Below, piece by piece: positions 1 through 12,740 of a stretch of DNA of 64,000 nt. Location of the stretch: NCBI RefSeq assembly GCF_964194155.1, contig NC_135887.1:8184001-8248000 (forward strand), in the 5' to 3' direction. The translations under genes and the position numbers were made by a program. The notes under the pieces were generated by a model that saw only the letters and a list, made by a program, of their open reading frames with translations, ran no database searches and was not told the DNA's origin. The DNA comes from Cetorhinus maximus (taxonomy: Eukaryota). Position 1 is the stretch's first letter; each line of letters starts with the position of its first letter.

Positions 1-1108
1 CTAAAGATACCTGAATTTAATGAGGTTTTACGTCTCTTGAAGGGAAGTTAAAACAAACACAAGATAGAAAACAAGGCTGTTGCCTTGCAATAGGAGAGAC
101 GGGCAGTTTTTTTTAGCTCAGTTGAAGCCTGGAGCCTGGAGAAACTGGATACAGGAAAGGGAACTGCAGGGAGCAGGTTGCAAAGAATGGAAAAAAAAAA
201 GGTCCCAAAACCAGGGAATGGAACAGGAGAAAGGTACCAAGAAGACAGTGAAGTCAAGGGAGAAGAATAGGAATCTGAACAAGATCCTGTTCACTGGGAG
301 TGAAAGTAAGGAGCAGAAAGGAAGATTCCAAGCTTAAAGGGAGAAAGCTGCAAGACGAAGCTTTAAAGCAAAATAGGCATGTGAGAAGCTTGAAGATCCA
401 AGGAGGCAGCTGGAGGTCTGTAGCACTTTACTATGGGCATGTGAAACAGTGGAGTTCTCTTGGCATGGTTGAGTATCTGAGAGAGAGTGCGTGGCAGAAA
501 GCTTGAATGCACGTGGTGATCAGGGGAGAGGAACCCCGGAAGGAGAGTTTGCAACCCTGGAGGTGGACCCTTGCGGAAGGCACCCGAGAGAAATTGTCAT
601 TTGGGAGAAGATTCCAAAATGGGTTCTTCGAGAGTGGAGATTGGAAACCCTCGTGTTAAAGCAGTGGTTCAGTGAGTCCGATTGGCTCATGTTGTTGCAA
701 GTGTCTGGGGGGAGTTGATGAGAGATCCACAGCATCTATTTGAGGTGGCATCTGTCACTTGGTTTCAGAGTAAGGTGTGCCTGGCCACACGTGACTATTG
801 GTTTACATTGTGTACTTACTGTGAACATGAGAGTATAAGGTAGCTTTTGTAACTTGTGCTACCCTTATGAATCTGTATATACCTGAAAAGGTATAGTTGT
901 GAGTGAAGGAGTATTGTAATATAGTTCACCTTTCTTGGCAAATAAATGTTTTATTCTTCTGTTAAAAGCTCATCAGCTGACTCCTGTGACTCTGTTCAGT
1001 AGCTGCCCTCCATGTTTCTAAACAAAAAGTGAAGGTTAGAACCTATCAAGTTGGGAACGACCCTGGGATCTGGCTTGACCAGTGGTAACATCAGCTGGGA
1101 TCATAACA
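1..1108 (+). mobile_element. Long LTR-like element (5' end outside window)
   Basis: No credible ORF; AATAAA near 940; ends ...GGGATCATAACA, directly abutting a LINE fragment. The TSD cannot be checked because the left end is missing. Confidence 0.45.
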
Positions 1109-1200
1109 CCTGGCATTTGTGTGGCGCGAATGTTACGTGCCACTTGTCAGCCCAAGCCTGGATATTGTCCAGGCCTTGCTGCATTTGGACATGGACTGCT
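1109..1200 (-). mobile_element. LINE RT fragment (same family as 24113-27460)
   Basis: GCCACTTGTCAGCCCAAGCCTGGATATTGTCCAGG is shared with 59418-59452 and is the near reverse complement of ~26658-26692. Confidence 0.8.
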
Positions 1201-1645
1201 TAGTGGGGTGTGCTCTTGGCTCTGAGCTAGAAAATTGTGGGTTCAAGCCCTGCTCCAAAGACTTGAGCACAAAATCTAGGCTGACACAATAGTATAGTTT
1301 GAGGGAGCGCTACACTGTCAGAGGTGCAATTTTTTGGATAAAATGTTAAGCTGAGGCTCTGTTTGCTCCCATGAGTAGATGTAAAAAAAAAATCCAACAA
1401 CACTGTTATGAATATGAGCAGCGGAGTTCCCACTTAGGCCATGGTCAATATTTATCCCACATAGCAACATCGTTAAAGCAAATTGTTTGATCATTATCTC
1501 ATTGATGCCTTTGAGAGCTTGCAGTGTGCAAATTGGCTGCCGTGTTTCCTGAATTATTATAGTGACAATACTTCGAAAGCACTTCATTGTCTGTGAAGTG
1601 CTTTTAGATGCTCTGAAAGATGCTATGCAAATGGAAGTTTTTTCC
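1201..1645 (+). mobile_element. Deu-domain SINE (SacSINE1/AmnSINE1-like)
   Basis: tRNA-like head with GGTTCAAGCCC, central GGTCAATATTTATCCC...GCAAATTGGCTGCCGTGTTTCC, and L2-type tail CACTTCATTG...GCTATGCAAATG. Confidence 0.7.
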
Positions 1646-1679
1646 CCTCAAATCTTATTCTCAACATAGAAGTAATGGA

Positions 1680-2640
1680 TTAGAGTAAAGGCAAAGTCTG
1701 TTTCTGAACTTGTTCAACTTTGATTGTTGAGAATAATCTTCGTGGGAGTCATTTCAGTGCAGATGGGCTGAGGTTGGTGGCAGAAGCAAAGATGTTTCGG
1801 ACATGGAAGTAGAGGACACGGTCAGAATCTCAGTTCAGAATCAAGTAAAGATCCCAAGTTTGCTAGATGTCTTGTTAAGTCTGAAACAATGCCCTGGGTG
1901 GGAGTGGTGATGGTGAAGATGAGGAGTTTGTGATGAGGTCTTCTGCTCTTTCCAGTGTTTAACTGGAGGAAATTGCGGCCTATCCAGGGCTGGATGCCCA
2001 ACAACACAGAGGCAGTGGAGGCGATTAGGGAGGTGGTGTCGAGGTCCAATTTGTATCTATGTATATGTGGAAGCTCAACTTGCCTTTCATTGGCTGTCAG
2101 TGCTTTGAGATGGCCAGTGGTCCTAAAAGGCACTATATAAATGCCAGCCATCATCGTCATCTTGTCTGCTGATGGTGTTACCATGGGACAGCATGTGAAT
2201 GAGGAAGGTGTGGGGGATGTCAATGATAGATCCTTGGGGGGACTTTGAGGTAATGATATGGGGGCAGGGTAAGAAACCATTACTGGAGATGTTCTGGCTA
2301 CGATCAATGAGATAACAGTGGAAGCAAGTGAAGGTAGTCTGGTTGAGATGGAGTAGGGTGGCATGGTTGACAGTATCAAAATCTATCAAGAGGCCAGGAT
2401 CCACAGTCATTATTAGAGTCGGAGAATGTCACTGGTGACCTTGGTTAGCGCTGCTTCAGCAGATGTGAAACCTGATTGGAGGCATTGAAATAGAGTTTTG
2501 GGGAAAATGGCATGGATTTGAGAAACAACATGTTCAAGAACTTAGGAGGGGGATTGGAGGTGAAGCATTCGTTTTAAAGCATGAGGGGATATCGGGAGTG
2601 TTGATTTCTGGCGTGGGGTTGAATTTTGTTGTTTTGAAAG
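1680..2640 (-). mobile_element. Degenerate L2/CR1-group LINE RT fragment, interrupted by a + strand SINE tail at ~2085-2150
   Basis: Minus-strand translation LLIDFDTVNHATLL...SPQGSII resembles RT motifs; frameshifted. Confidence 0.65.
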
Positions 2641-5600
2641 GTTTTCATTCATTCATTCCTCCCTAAAAAATGCAGATGTTGCACATGCCAGCTGGAGGTT
2701 AATTTGCTATTAAGACCATATGAATGAATTAAATATTTCATGGACTAAAGAAAATGTGATAGGAGGCCTAGAATGTCATAGTGAACAGGGCCGTATGCAG
2801 AGCTTAACAAAGCCTTTTTATTGTAACCCACAAATGGCTGAATGCAGCCACCAATTTATATTGGTTATTGAGGAGTGTTAATTTGGGGTATTGTTCGACT
2901 CCATTCAACCATCACTGCCACCAGCAATCAGGAGCTTGATTTATCTTTGCCTAGCTGATTAACACTTGTTTCAATTCACTGGAGTGATGGATACAGTTAA
3001 TCTGAGCTGAGTGCTGTGATGTGGTCACTTTGATCTCTTCATCGGGATTTTTAGGTCTATTTTATTGACATTTATTTAGGCAGGGCTGTTGTGTCTCATT
3101 TTACTTTCAGTGCAACTCACTGATTCCCAAAGAAAAGTTGTAAAAGCTTCTTGCTGCAATAAATAAACTCAGACACATTCTTTTTGGTAGTTTTCAATCT
3201 CTTATCCCTCGAATCTCATGCAGACAATAGCCTAACCTTGGTCCATGCCTGATGGACAGGTACCATTAGGTAAATCAGTTTTCAAAAGAAACTATTGCCC
3301 CTTTGGAATGGACAAATTGATCACAGAGGCCACTTCAATAGATTTTCTACCTTAAAGGAGGAAACTGGATTTAACTTCTGCATTCATTCTTAATTGGGTT
3401 TGGTGGCAGCACTGACTGATTGCACCCTGCTGTACAATATCAATGGCCCAAAATTCAGTAACAATGTGTGCTTCAGCATCAACTCACTGTTATTCCTGTT
3501 CACAAATGTCTGTATGATGTTGATCTCTCCTTAAAGTTGGCCATTGACTCATTGATGTACTTTCTCTGCCCCCCCAGCCTGCAGAGCTGCAAACCAAAAA
3601 TAAAGCCACAATCTGAACAAATGAGAAATGTGGTACTTGCTGAGATTTGGAGGCTAGAAATCGGGACAGCCTCTCTCGGTTAAACGACCCCCCGCTGTTA
3701 CAGACTGACTGACATTATTTTTAATTCGGGGCAGGATCACTGTGTGAGAGTGCAGGAAGCGGTTGGCAGGTGTGCACCACAAAAACCTGCTGATTTTAAG
3801 AACTGTGCTTCAGTTAAATTCTTAAGAGCTGTTTGAGCCTGAAGCAGGGATTTGGGGTGGGGGTGGCAGGAGCTGGACACTGCCAGGGGGACCTAAAGGA
3901 ACCATCCACATGGCTTAAAGTAAGTGCAGGGGAGGGGGGGCTTGCCGAACCCTTTCAGCTCCATAAAGGAAGGAGAAAGGTCGGAGATAGGGAGACACAG
4001 GACTCCATGTGGGAACACCCTCCTGCTTTCTGGTCTACAAGGGTTCTACATTAAAACTAACTTTTTTTTCAGTTTTCCCTGGCCTTTTCTGGACACTCTA
4101 CTTAGAGATGAGTACTCCTCTCCTCATGATATTCCTGTAATTGTAGCATCCAAAGCAACCCAATAGTCCTAGGGGGCTGGAACAGGAAACTCTGCCCTAC
4201 TGACCTTCGCTGGCCTGTGCACCCATGGGTGCCCGCAGTCCTCTGTTGCCTTGCTCAATTGGCCATTCATTATACATGAACCTCGACAGAGGTACTGTCA
4301 GGTTCTTCAACTGGAATCGACTGCAATCCTGCCTCCGTGAACAATCATGGGCGGAATCTTCCGCTCTGGCCAGCAGCGGGAATCATGGCGGGGGTGGCGG
4401 ACGCTTAATTTGGCGTTTCCCGACGGTGGGGAAATAGCTTGGAATTTTGTTCTCCCGGTTTTCAAGGCGGGTAAAGGTGGGTGGAGTTTCCCACTGAACA
4501 ATGTGGGGAGCCCATTTGCATTCATTAGCTTGTCCTGAATGCTCATTAAAAGGCCAGCTCACCACAATCCCCCCTCCAAATTAATTTCCCCCACCAGCGA
4601 CTGAGTAGAACGTCCTGTGTTGACGGCTGTATGTAATTGGGGTTACATTTGAGTTGATGTGATTTGCTATCTGTTTGTGACAGAGGCATGTAAAAAGGGG
4701 TGGAGGTTAAATTATTCAAGGACAGAAGCTACATGCACATTTCAAGCCTCACATGGCTTGTAAGGCACAATGCTTAAAGTCCTGACATTATGACAAGGCT
4801 GTGTTCTCTCTGTAGACTGTCTAGACTTATGGAGGCAAGCTGACAATTGCCTGACAGAGGATTCTCGCAGGTGGCTGTATTCACCCTGATCAAGACCCTC
4901 TTGTGCATACACAGTCATGTCTGAAGGGAAAGATCATCCACCTGTGGGTCCTCCAGGATGTGCTTCACCTGCAAGAGGTGGCCTGGGGCTGCCATGACTC
5001 GAAGGAGGCCTCCTGGCTCGGAGATGGAGGGAAACCAGTCAAGAGAAAGTTTAACTACATTCTCAAAATGTATCCATTGACAAATAGGCGTGGAGAATGC
5101 AGGCTTCAGGCACCCCTGCCTTGTTTATAGCTCTGATTCGAATGAGGCGAAGGGCCCATCACCAATTGGTACAGGTCCAGGGGGAGCAGCGGCCTGAGCC
5201 GCAAGAGGGGGCGGGGCCCGCGGAAGTCCCAGATGCTCCCAAAGAGGGGCAAGTTCAACCAAGACCAGTGGCCTGATCATTGGAATATAGAAGACGCTGC
5301 TCATATCTGGAGATGAGTGAAAGACAATACCACAGGCATCTTCGCTTGTCCAGGGAAGTGGTAGCTCACTCTTGCCACCCCCTCTGTGAAGAATCTGATG
5401 CCGCAAGGACTTGGAGGACATCCCATGCCAGTGGATTTGAAGGTTACTGCTGCACTGAGCATTTTTGCCAACGGGTCCGTCCAGGGCTTCAGTGGGGACC
5501 TTTGTGGCATTTTCCAATCGGCGACAACAAATGCATAAGGGAGGTGACAGATTTCCTTCTCACCAGAGCTCACCAGTATGTCCAATTCCGCATGGGTGCT

Positions 5601-5667
5601 GAAAGACAGGAGCTGTCGGATTCGCAACAATTTCCCGCAAGTGCAGGGTGTCATTGACTGCACACAT

Positions 5668-7092
5668 AATATAAAAGCAAAATACTGCGGATGCTGGAAA
5701 TCTGAAACAAAAACAGAAAATGCTGGAAAAACTCAGCAGGTCTGACAGCATCTGTGGAGAGAGAAACGGAGTTGACATTTCGAGTTGTTATGACTCTTCT
5801 TCAGAGCTACAGAGAAGTAGAAATGTGATGAAGTTTATACTGTTTGAAGCGGGGGGTGCTGTGGAGCAGGTTTATCTGGATAGAAAGCCAGCGCTAGCTG
5901 GGGACAGAGGAGAGATTGACAAAGATGTCATGAACCAAAGGACAAAGGGAGTGTTAATGGTGTTGGTACGGGCTGAAAAAGGTGCCAATAGCGCATTAAG
6001 GTGAGAAAGCAGAATGTGATAATAGCAGAACAAGAAGTGTGAAAGAGCAACATGAACAAGTAACATTAGGCCCTTGTGGGGGTGGGGTAGGGAGAGGGGG
6101 CGGTGGTGGGGGAAAAAAGGGACCGGAATAATTGGGATAAAAAGGGGGGGGGGTTAAAACAGTGAAAAAATGAATGAAAATAAAAATGAATAAAAATAAG
6201 TGGATAAAAAATAAAAAATGAATATTGATAAAAGAGATTTTAAAAAAAGGGGTGTTGATGGAGGACAGAGTTCATGGTCTAAAATTGTTGAACTCAATAT
6301 TCAGTCCGGAAGGCTGTAAAGTGCCTAGTCGGAAGATGAGGTGCTGTTCCTCCAGTTTGCGTTGAGCTTCACTGGAACATTGCAGCAGGCCAAGGACGGA
6401 CATGTGGGCATGAGAGCAGGGTGGAGTGTTAAAATGGCAAGCGACAGGGAGGTCTGGGTCATGCTTGCAGACAGACCGAAGGTTTTTCAGCAAAGCGATC
6501 ACCCAGTCTGCGTTTGGTCTCTCCAATGTAGAGGAGACCACATTGGGAGCAGTGAATGCAATAGACTAAATTGAGGGAAGTGCAAGTGAAATGCTGCTTC
6601 ACTTGAAAGGAGTGTTTGGGCCTTTGGGCGGTGAGGAGAGAGGGGGTAAAGGGGCAGGTGTTGCACCTTCTGCGAGTGCATGGGAAGGTGCCATGGGAAG
6701 GGGATGAGGTTTTGGAGATGATGGAGGAGTGGACCAGTGTGTCCCAGAAGGAACGATCCCTATGGAATGCTGACAGGGGGTGAGGGGAAGATGTGTTTGG
6801 TGGTGGCATCATGCTGGAGTTGGTGGAAATGGCAGAGGATGATCCTTTGAATGCGGAAGCTGTGGAGTGAAAAGTGAGGAGAAGGGGGACCCTATCATGG
6901 TTCTGGGAGGGAGAGGAAGGTGGGAGGGCAGAGGCGCGGGAGATGGGTCAGACATGGTTGAGGGCCCTGTCAACCACAGTGAGTGGGAAACCTCGGCTAA
7001 GGAAGAAGGAAGACATGTCAGAAGCGCCGTTTTGGAAAGTGACATCATCAGAATAGATGCGACAGAGGCGAAGGAACTGAGAGAGTGGGATA
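5668..7092 (-). mobile_element. 5'-truncated Penelope-like retroelement (RT C-terminus + GIY-YIG endonuclease + terminal repeat)
   Basis: PLSQFLRLCRIYSD, LVYCIHCSQCGLLYIGETKRRLGDRFAE, RKLEEQHLIFRLGTLQPSGLNIEF; 8-bp TSD GCACACAT at 5660-5667 and 7093-7100. Confidence 0.92.
5770..5808 (-). ncRNA. Minimal type I hammerhead ribozyme motif (Penelope terminus)
   Basis: Minus strand AGCT-CTGAAGA-A-GAGTC-ATAAC-AACTC-GAAAT-GTC-AACT. Confidence 0.65.
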
Positions 7093-10000
7093 GCACACAT
7101 GTGGCCTTGAGAGCTCCCTGGCAGCAACCTGTGAGATTCATCCATCGAAAAGGATTTCACTCTCTGATCTCAAAAGGCAGATCCAGTATGTTTGTGCTAG
7201 GTACCCAGGGAGCTCTTAAGATTGTTACATCTTGACCTACTCACAGATGCCACAGATTTTTGAGGGGCCTGAGCGTTTACACAGCTGGTTCCTCGAGGAC
7301 AAGGGGTGCCTCCAGAAGACGTGACTCATGACACCCATTCGGCATCCACATAGTGGTGCTGAGAAGAAATGCAATGCTGCACATTCTGCCATCAGATCCT
7401 GGATAGAGCAGACGATTAAAGATGCATTTCCGACGTTTGGACTGCTCATGCAGGGCTCTCCGATACTCACCGCAGAGTGTCCTAGATCATCGCTGCTTGT
7501 TGTGCCCTGCACAACCTTGCGCTGGGTGGGGGGGAGACAGGGAAAGAATGTGTTGCCTGAGGGAGAAATAGAGGAGCGAGACGTCTCCTCTGACGAGGAG
7601 GACGTTGAAGGGGATGGATCTGATGAGGGCCAGGATGTAGACCAGCCGCATGAAGAGCCCATCACACGGGTATGATGCATCAGATGTTCCCATGACAACC
7701 TGATAGCTACAAGATTCCAGGAGGAGTAAAGTGCAGACACATCCTCACAACAGTTAGTTGCTTTTGCCTTTGCTACCTGGAAGGTCCCATCACCTTGTAT
7801 TTCAGCGAGAAATTCTCTCGAAAGCTCAATGTTCTCATAATGATTATGGAAATATCAGCACTCACTGCCTGTCCTCATGATAGGATCATCCTTGGTAAGT
7901 CTGAAGCCACGGTTAACTGAATAGCCTTGGCATGAATGGTCACTGTGGAATGGGAACCGCACTCCCTTCTCACAGGTCTTGGGCAACTTTAGCACTTTCA
8001 CCCATGCCCTCACCAAGTTCGTGTGCATGGCAGCATATAAGCGACTTATAATCAAAATTACACAGGGATGCACTCAGGTCAGTCTGCCATCTGCTCAATA
8101 AGGCAGCCCGGTCCACACGTCACTCTTTCAGGCATAATCAGGTGCATGGCTCAACACAGAGCAGCTTCTTGAGAATGCCATATGTCCCTATCACAAGCTC
8201 ACCTCAACACAGAATGATGAGGCATCGTCTTGCTATTGCCATCCGATCACCATTAGGGCACCATGAAACAATAACCATTAACATCTAGATCATGCAGTAA
8301 GGTTTTGAGGTTTGTTGACGCTGTCCTCATAGGGAGTGCCTCACCGGGACTATGGTTTCCTGAGGTGCAACCACATGGAGCCCTGCAATCGGCGGAAGCC
8401 TGACAAGCCCCTGTCCTAGATGACCTTTTGCATTAGGGTGATACCTTGTGCAGTCATTCTCAACACAACAGCCAATCAGTAATTCTTTCCCATGTGGACC
8501 ATGAAGAAGCCTTATGAGAGTTGGCTTTGCATCATATTGAGAGCATCATAGTCCTCGAGGGGCTACAGCACACAAGGCTATAACTTAATACTACCTTAGG
8601 CAGTGCCTTTTTTCACCATCGTTGGAGTAGGGTGATCATTTTGTACTTTTGGCTACCTTCAAAGAGACCTGACATTTAATCCAAAACAACTGATGGTTTT
8701 GGTTAATTTTTTTTTTAAAAACTGTCAAATTGTTTTTTCAAAAAAAAAGGACAGTTTCCAGAATATGCCCTGAAGCCAATAATAATCACTTTTTTTTCAT
8801 CACTCTCAATTCCACTGAGATTCTCTTAATTTTTTTTTTCCAAAGCTTCAGAGAATCCAGTTTACCATTTGTCATAGCAACAGGAGTTTTAATCTTGTAA
8901 AACAATCATAATTCTTGGAATGGCTTATGCCTGCTGACAGAGAAATTAATAGCAAAACTGTAAATGGTGCCTTCAAAGCCACATTACTTATATGGAAGTG
9001 TGTTATTTGACTAAGTGCCATGAGCAATTGGATATGGAGCTGAATCCACCAAATGGGTTTGTCTTGACTTTGAGGTTTGATATGCTGACAGGCAAAAACT
9101 GAAAAGATGACCAATTTGTATTGCCAAAATCTATACCAAATTGTACTTCTAAGGACAGCAACTCAAAGGAACAGTAGGCCAGGAGTTGATGCGTACAGAA
9201 TCTGGAATTGCAGTCATTTTATTTGGACCTCTGAATGCTTGAATAAAGTCTGAACTGCGAGATTAAGGCTCGTTGAGCTCGGGAGGGAATAAAATCAGCC
9301 AATCACCCCTTCTGACCCGTGATGTTAGCCAAAAAGGTGCCGTTGTGGGGTGGGAGATAGGATCATGCTTGAGGAATCCAGCAAAAGTTACTTCTTAAAA
9401 GTGGGTACTGTCAGGTTAAGGTGAAGTCAGCTTTGTGAAAGGAGTCTCCAAGGATTGAAAATGTGAGTGATAGGAGGCTAACAAGACTCAGTCAATAACG
9501 GTCATAAGGCCTAACATCGGATGAGGCTGTAATTTAAGTTATGACATATTGGTCTGTTCATGCATTTACTAGGCCAGTTAATGTTGTGACACTTCCTTTG
9601 ATGATGGATATTGGGAAATGGGTTTAAGCTCGTTGGTTTATATTTTCTTAATTAAGGGCACTTTGTTAAATACATCTAATTAGTTGTAATGGAAAGTAAA
9701 AATCAATAAAGAAATAGCAACTTTCTCTGGACGGTATTATGTTTTGTGACTTGCTAAGTCAATGGTCATGCTTTATTTTAATTATGCACTGCGTTTCTCA
9801 TAATCACTGTGGCTTTCAGTTTACTGGGATTATGTTTGTACTTTGTCTGCCCATCTGAGACTGTTAATACTTTGCCTGTTCCTGCCAGGCCTAGATACAG
9901 ATTGTTTTAATCATGGGAGAGCTTGGTGTCCAGCATTGCTTTTCGCACGTTTGGAGAGGGTGGGGTACACAGTGTCTGTTTGTAGTCCTTTTCGATAAGC

Positions 10001-10189
10001 TCTGCAAATTTTAAAAAGCTCAGGTAATCCCACGTGTGTTAGACATTGTTTGAGTTGAATTCCGTTTAACATAAAGCCCAAATACTGCGAGGTGACCTCA
10101 TCCCAGGGTCTTGAATTGTTTCAATAAAACTGAAGTGACTGTATAAATGCAAACACAAAACCCATTAGATTTGGCTTTCAGGTACTGAA

Positions 10190-10940
10190 TGCTGAGAACA
10201 AGCAGGAGTCCAAAGTGTAATGGAATGGGTGCAGCTGCAACAACACTTGAGATGTTCAACACCATTTAGACCAAGGCAGTAAGCTTCATTGGTGCCCCCT
10301 GTCACTGGGCTCAAAATCTGACACCTCCACTATCAGTTGCTGCAGTGTGTATGATCTACAGGATGCACTGCTGCACCTAACTAAGGTCGCTTCAATAGCA
10401 CCACCTGGCCCTACCTCCACCCCACCCCTCTCTCTCTCTCTTCAGGTACCATGCTCTAAGAGGGCATTGGTGACCATGGTTATGTTTGGCAAGCTACTGC
10501 AGTGGTTTGCCATTGCCTTCTGCAGGTTCTGGCTGACCAGGTATATTCGACGGATTTGCAGGTTGATAGTCAACCTGTTTGGCTATGCTATGGATGCGCC
10601 TTCCATGGCCATCAAGTCCCAGAGTGGGACTCGAATCCAGAGTTTCTGGCTCAGAGGTAGGGGCACTGCCACTATGCCACAAGAAAAGCAAGGGCAGCAA
10701 TATCATGGGATCGCTGTCACTTCCTAGTTCCCTCCCAAGTCTCACACAACCTGACTTGGACATAGGTCCCCATTCCTCCACTGCTGCTGGTTGAAATCCT
10801 CGAATTCCCCGCAGAATGCCATGTGAGAGCTGTATCACAACAGAGATTGCAGAGGTTCAAGAGGTGACCTACCAACTTCTCTGGGCAACTAGGAATGGAC
10901 AATAAATGCAGCCTTGCTGGCATCACCCACATCCCATGGA
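10190..10940 (+). mobile_element. Degenerate 3' fragment of the 24-27 kb LINE family, interrupted by a SINE
   Basis: Ends GGACAATAAATGCAGCCTTGCTGGCATCACCCACATCCCATG, like 27412-27455. Confidence 0.7.
10490..10685 (-). mobile_element. tRNA-derived SINE (family B)
   Basis: Minus strand TGGCATAGTGG (A box)...GATTCGAGTCCC (B box); related copies at ~22145-22300 (+), ~28300-29250 (-) and ~32720-32840 (-). Confidence 0.7.
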
Positions 10941-12740
10941 AAAAATGTTTTTTAAGTATCTAATGACACCATTCTAAGCAGTTTTCACATTTCGTATCAT
11001 TCTTCAATCAGCCTGTTTTATCAATGTACAGAGTAGCCTGATGAGCGGTTTATGTCACATCTTTATGGCTGCAAAATAATGCAAGTAGGAAAATAGCCGG
11101 CTCAGTGAACTGTTTAATGTCTTCTGTCACTGATGCATGTCGGAATTTAGCATATGGCTCTCTATGAATGCTTAGTTTCCGACTTGCAATTGCTCTGAAT
11201 ATTTTACTTAATTCAAAAAGATTGAAAGCCTCTGGCAGGGAAGTATAGAGAGTGGAAATAAAAGCCCATTGCAGTAAGAGGTAGTCCCATAAGGTAGAGA
11301 CTGCATTGTACTCTTGGTGTCAGTAAGTCCAGAACTCTCCTGTCACCAAAATCACTGTCAAAACTGTAATGGAAAAAAGCCACAGCCCAGAATATTAGAC
11401 CATTTAAACTAACTTATGTAATTTCTACAACTAATATCAACTAAATGTAAGGCACCATTTGAGGCCCAGTTTGGATTATAACGATCAAAATCAGAATTCA
11501 TCAGTTGATTACGTCCACAAGGACTATATTCTTTTATTGTTAGGGGGAGAAAGATTCCTGTTCAGTGTTAAAATTTGACTACCTAGCTCACCGTTCTCTT
11601 AACAGTTTTTTATTCCCTGAAAACAGACGGGGCGGAATGTTCCGTGCACACTGGCGTCTGGGGTGTTTGGCGACGTGAGTGGACAATATGGCGAGAGGGC
11701 CAAAAAATTGGTTTCACGACGTTGTGGAACCAGTTTGCAATCGTTTGCTCTGCCCGTCAGTGGCGGGCCCCGTTTCCCGCTGTTGGATGTCAATAACCTC
11801 TTTGTAATGCCTCTGCGTCTCATTATAAGCCCAACCCGCCGGAATCATTTGGCGGGCCGCACTTTGAGGGGAACTATGGAGGTGAGTGCACAATAACGTT
11901 GCACAGCGCTTGCGTGGGTTGCCCATTGGACTTCAAGGTGGAGGCGTCTTGGGGGGGTCGAGGCGAATTGGTGGAGGGGGGTGGTGTGTGGCAACAGCTG
12001 CCCTGTGGTTGAGGCGAGACGGGGGGGCGGTGCAAGGAGTGCAAGGGCTGCCCTGCGGCTGATGGTAGTGTACAAGCACGTGTGGGGTTGGGAGAAGGGA
12101 AGTGGCCACACATCAGTGAAACCTTGTATAAAGTGACCATTCCTCCGCAGCTGAGATAATTCAGACGCAGCCACATTGATACGATTGGAGTCGGGCCTCT
12201 AGCTTATCTGCCCACTCAGGCAACGCAGAGTCATGAAAGTGCCACCAAGTGCTCCAGAGCTTTTCACTCCTCAGGCGCAGACTGCAAACTCATGAGTGTT
12301 TTAGTGGACTGCAGAACAGTTGGACGACTGGGCACATTGTACAATCTCCTCGCTAAAGCTGGCCGTAGAGCAGTCACTGCTGGAGGAGCTCACAGACCCT
12401 TGCAAAGTCATCATCCCGGTTTGGGCCAGTCTCCCCCATGGTTCGCGCTAACAGGGCAGCCTTGCAGTGTGGGTTAGGAGAATGCCTGTGCCCGAGCTGA
12501 GAGCACAGCATGCAGTCCAATGGGCAAAGCTGCTGGCAATCGGTCAGGTGGAGTGGGGCAGAGGAGGGTGGGGTTTCGGTCAGCCATGCAGTGCACTAAT
12601 CTCTGGCCATCCAAGTGGTGGCCAGCACTCTCTGGGATGTGTTAAGGGGCCTTTAGACTTAACCAAGAGAGGTTCTTAGGACACCCATGCTAACCCATGT
12701 ATCTCTCTCTTTCATCCTGCAGGAGGAGTACATCAGGAAC

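Larger units (their letters stand above)
4349..7730 (+). mobile_element. Decayed PIF/Harbinger DNA transposon (right end not located)
   Basis: Left TIR GGGCGGAATCTTCC at 4349, preceded by CAT; HARBI1-like transposase remnants at 5290-5667 and 7093-7730. Confidence 0.75.
5290..7730 (+). pseudogene. HARBI1-like DDE transposase pseudogene, split by a Penelope insertion
   Basis: Motifs LRLSRE, KVTAAL, CIREVTD, FPQVQGVIDCTH | VALRAP...RKGFHSL, DKG, LMTP, IEQTI, CCALHN across frameshifts. Confidence 0.85.

Noticed and set aside
8755-8772. Right TIR for the Harbinger starting at 4349
   Set aside because: The match to GGGCGGAATCTTCC is weak and no CAT duplication follows.
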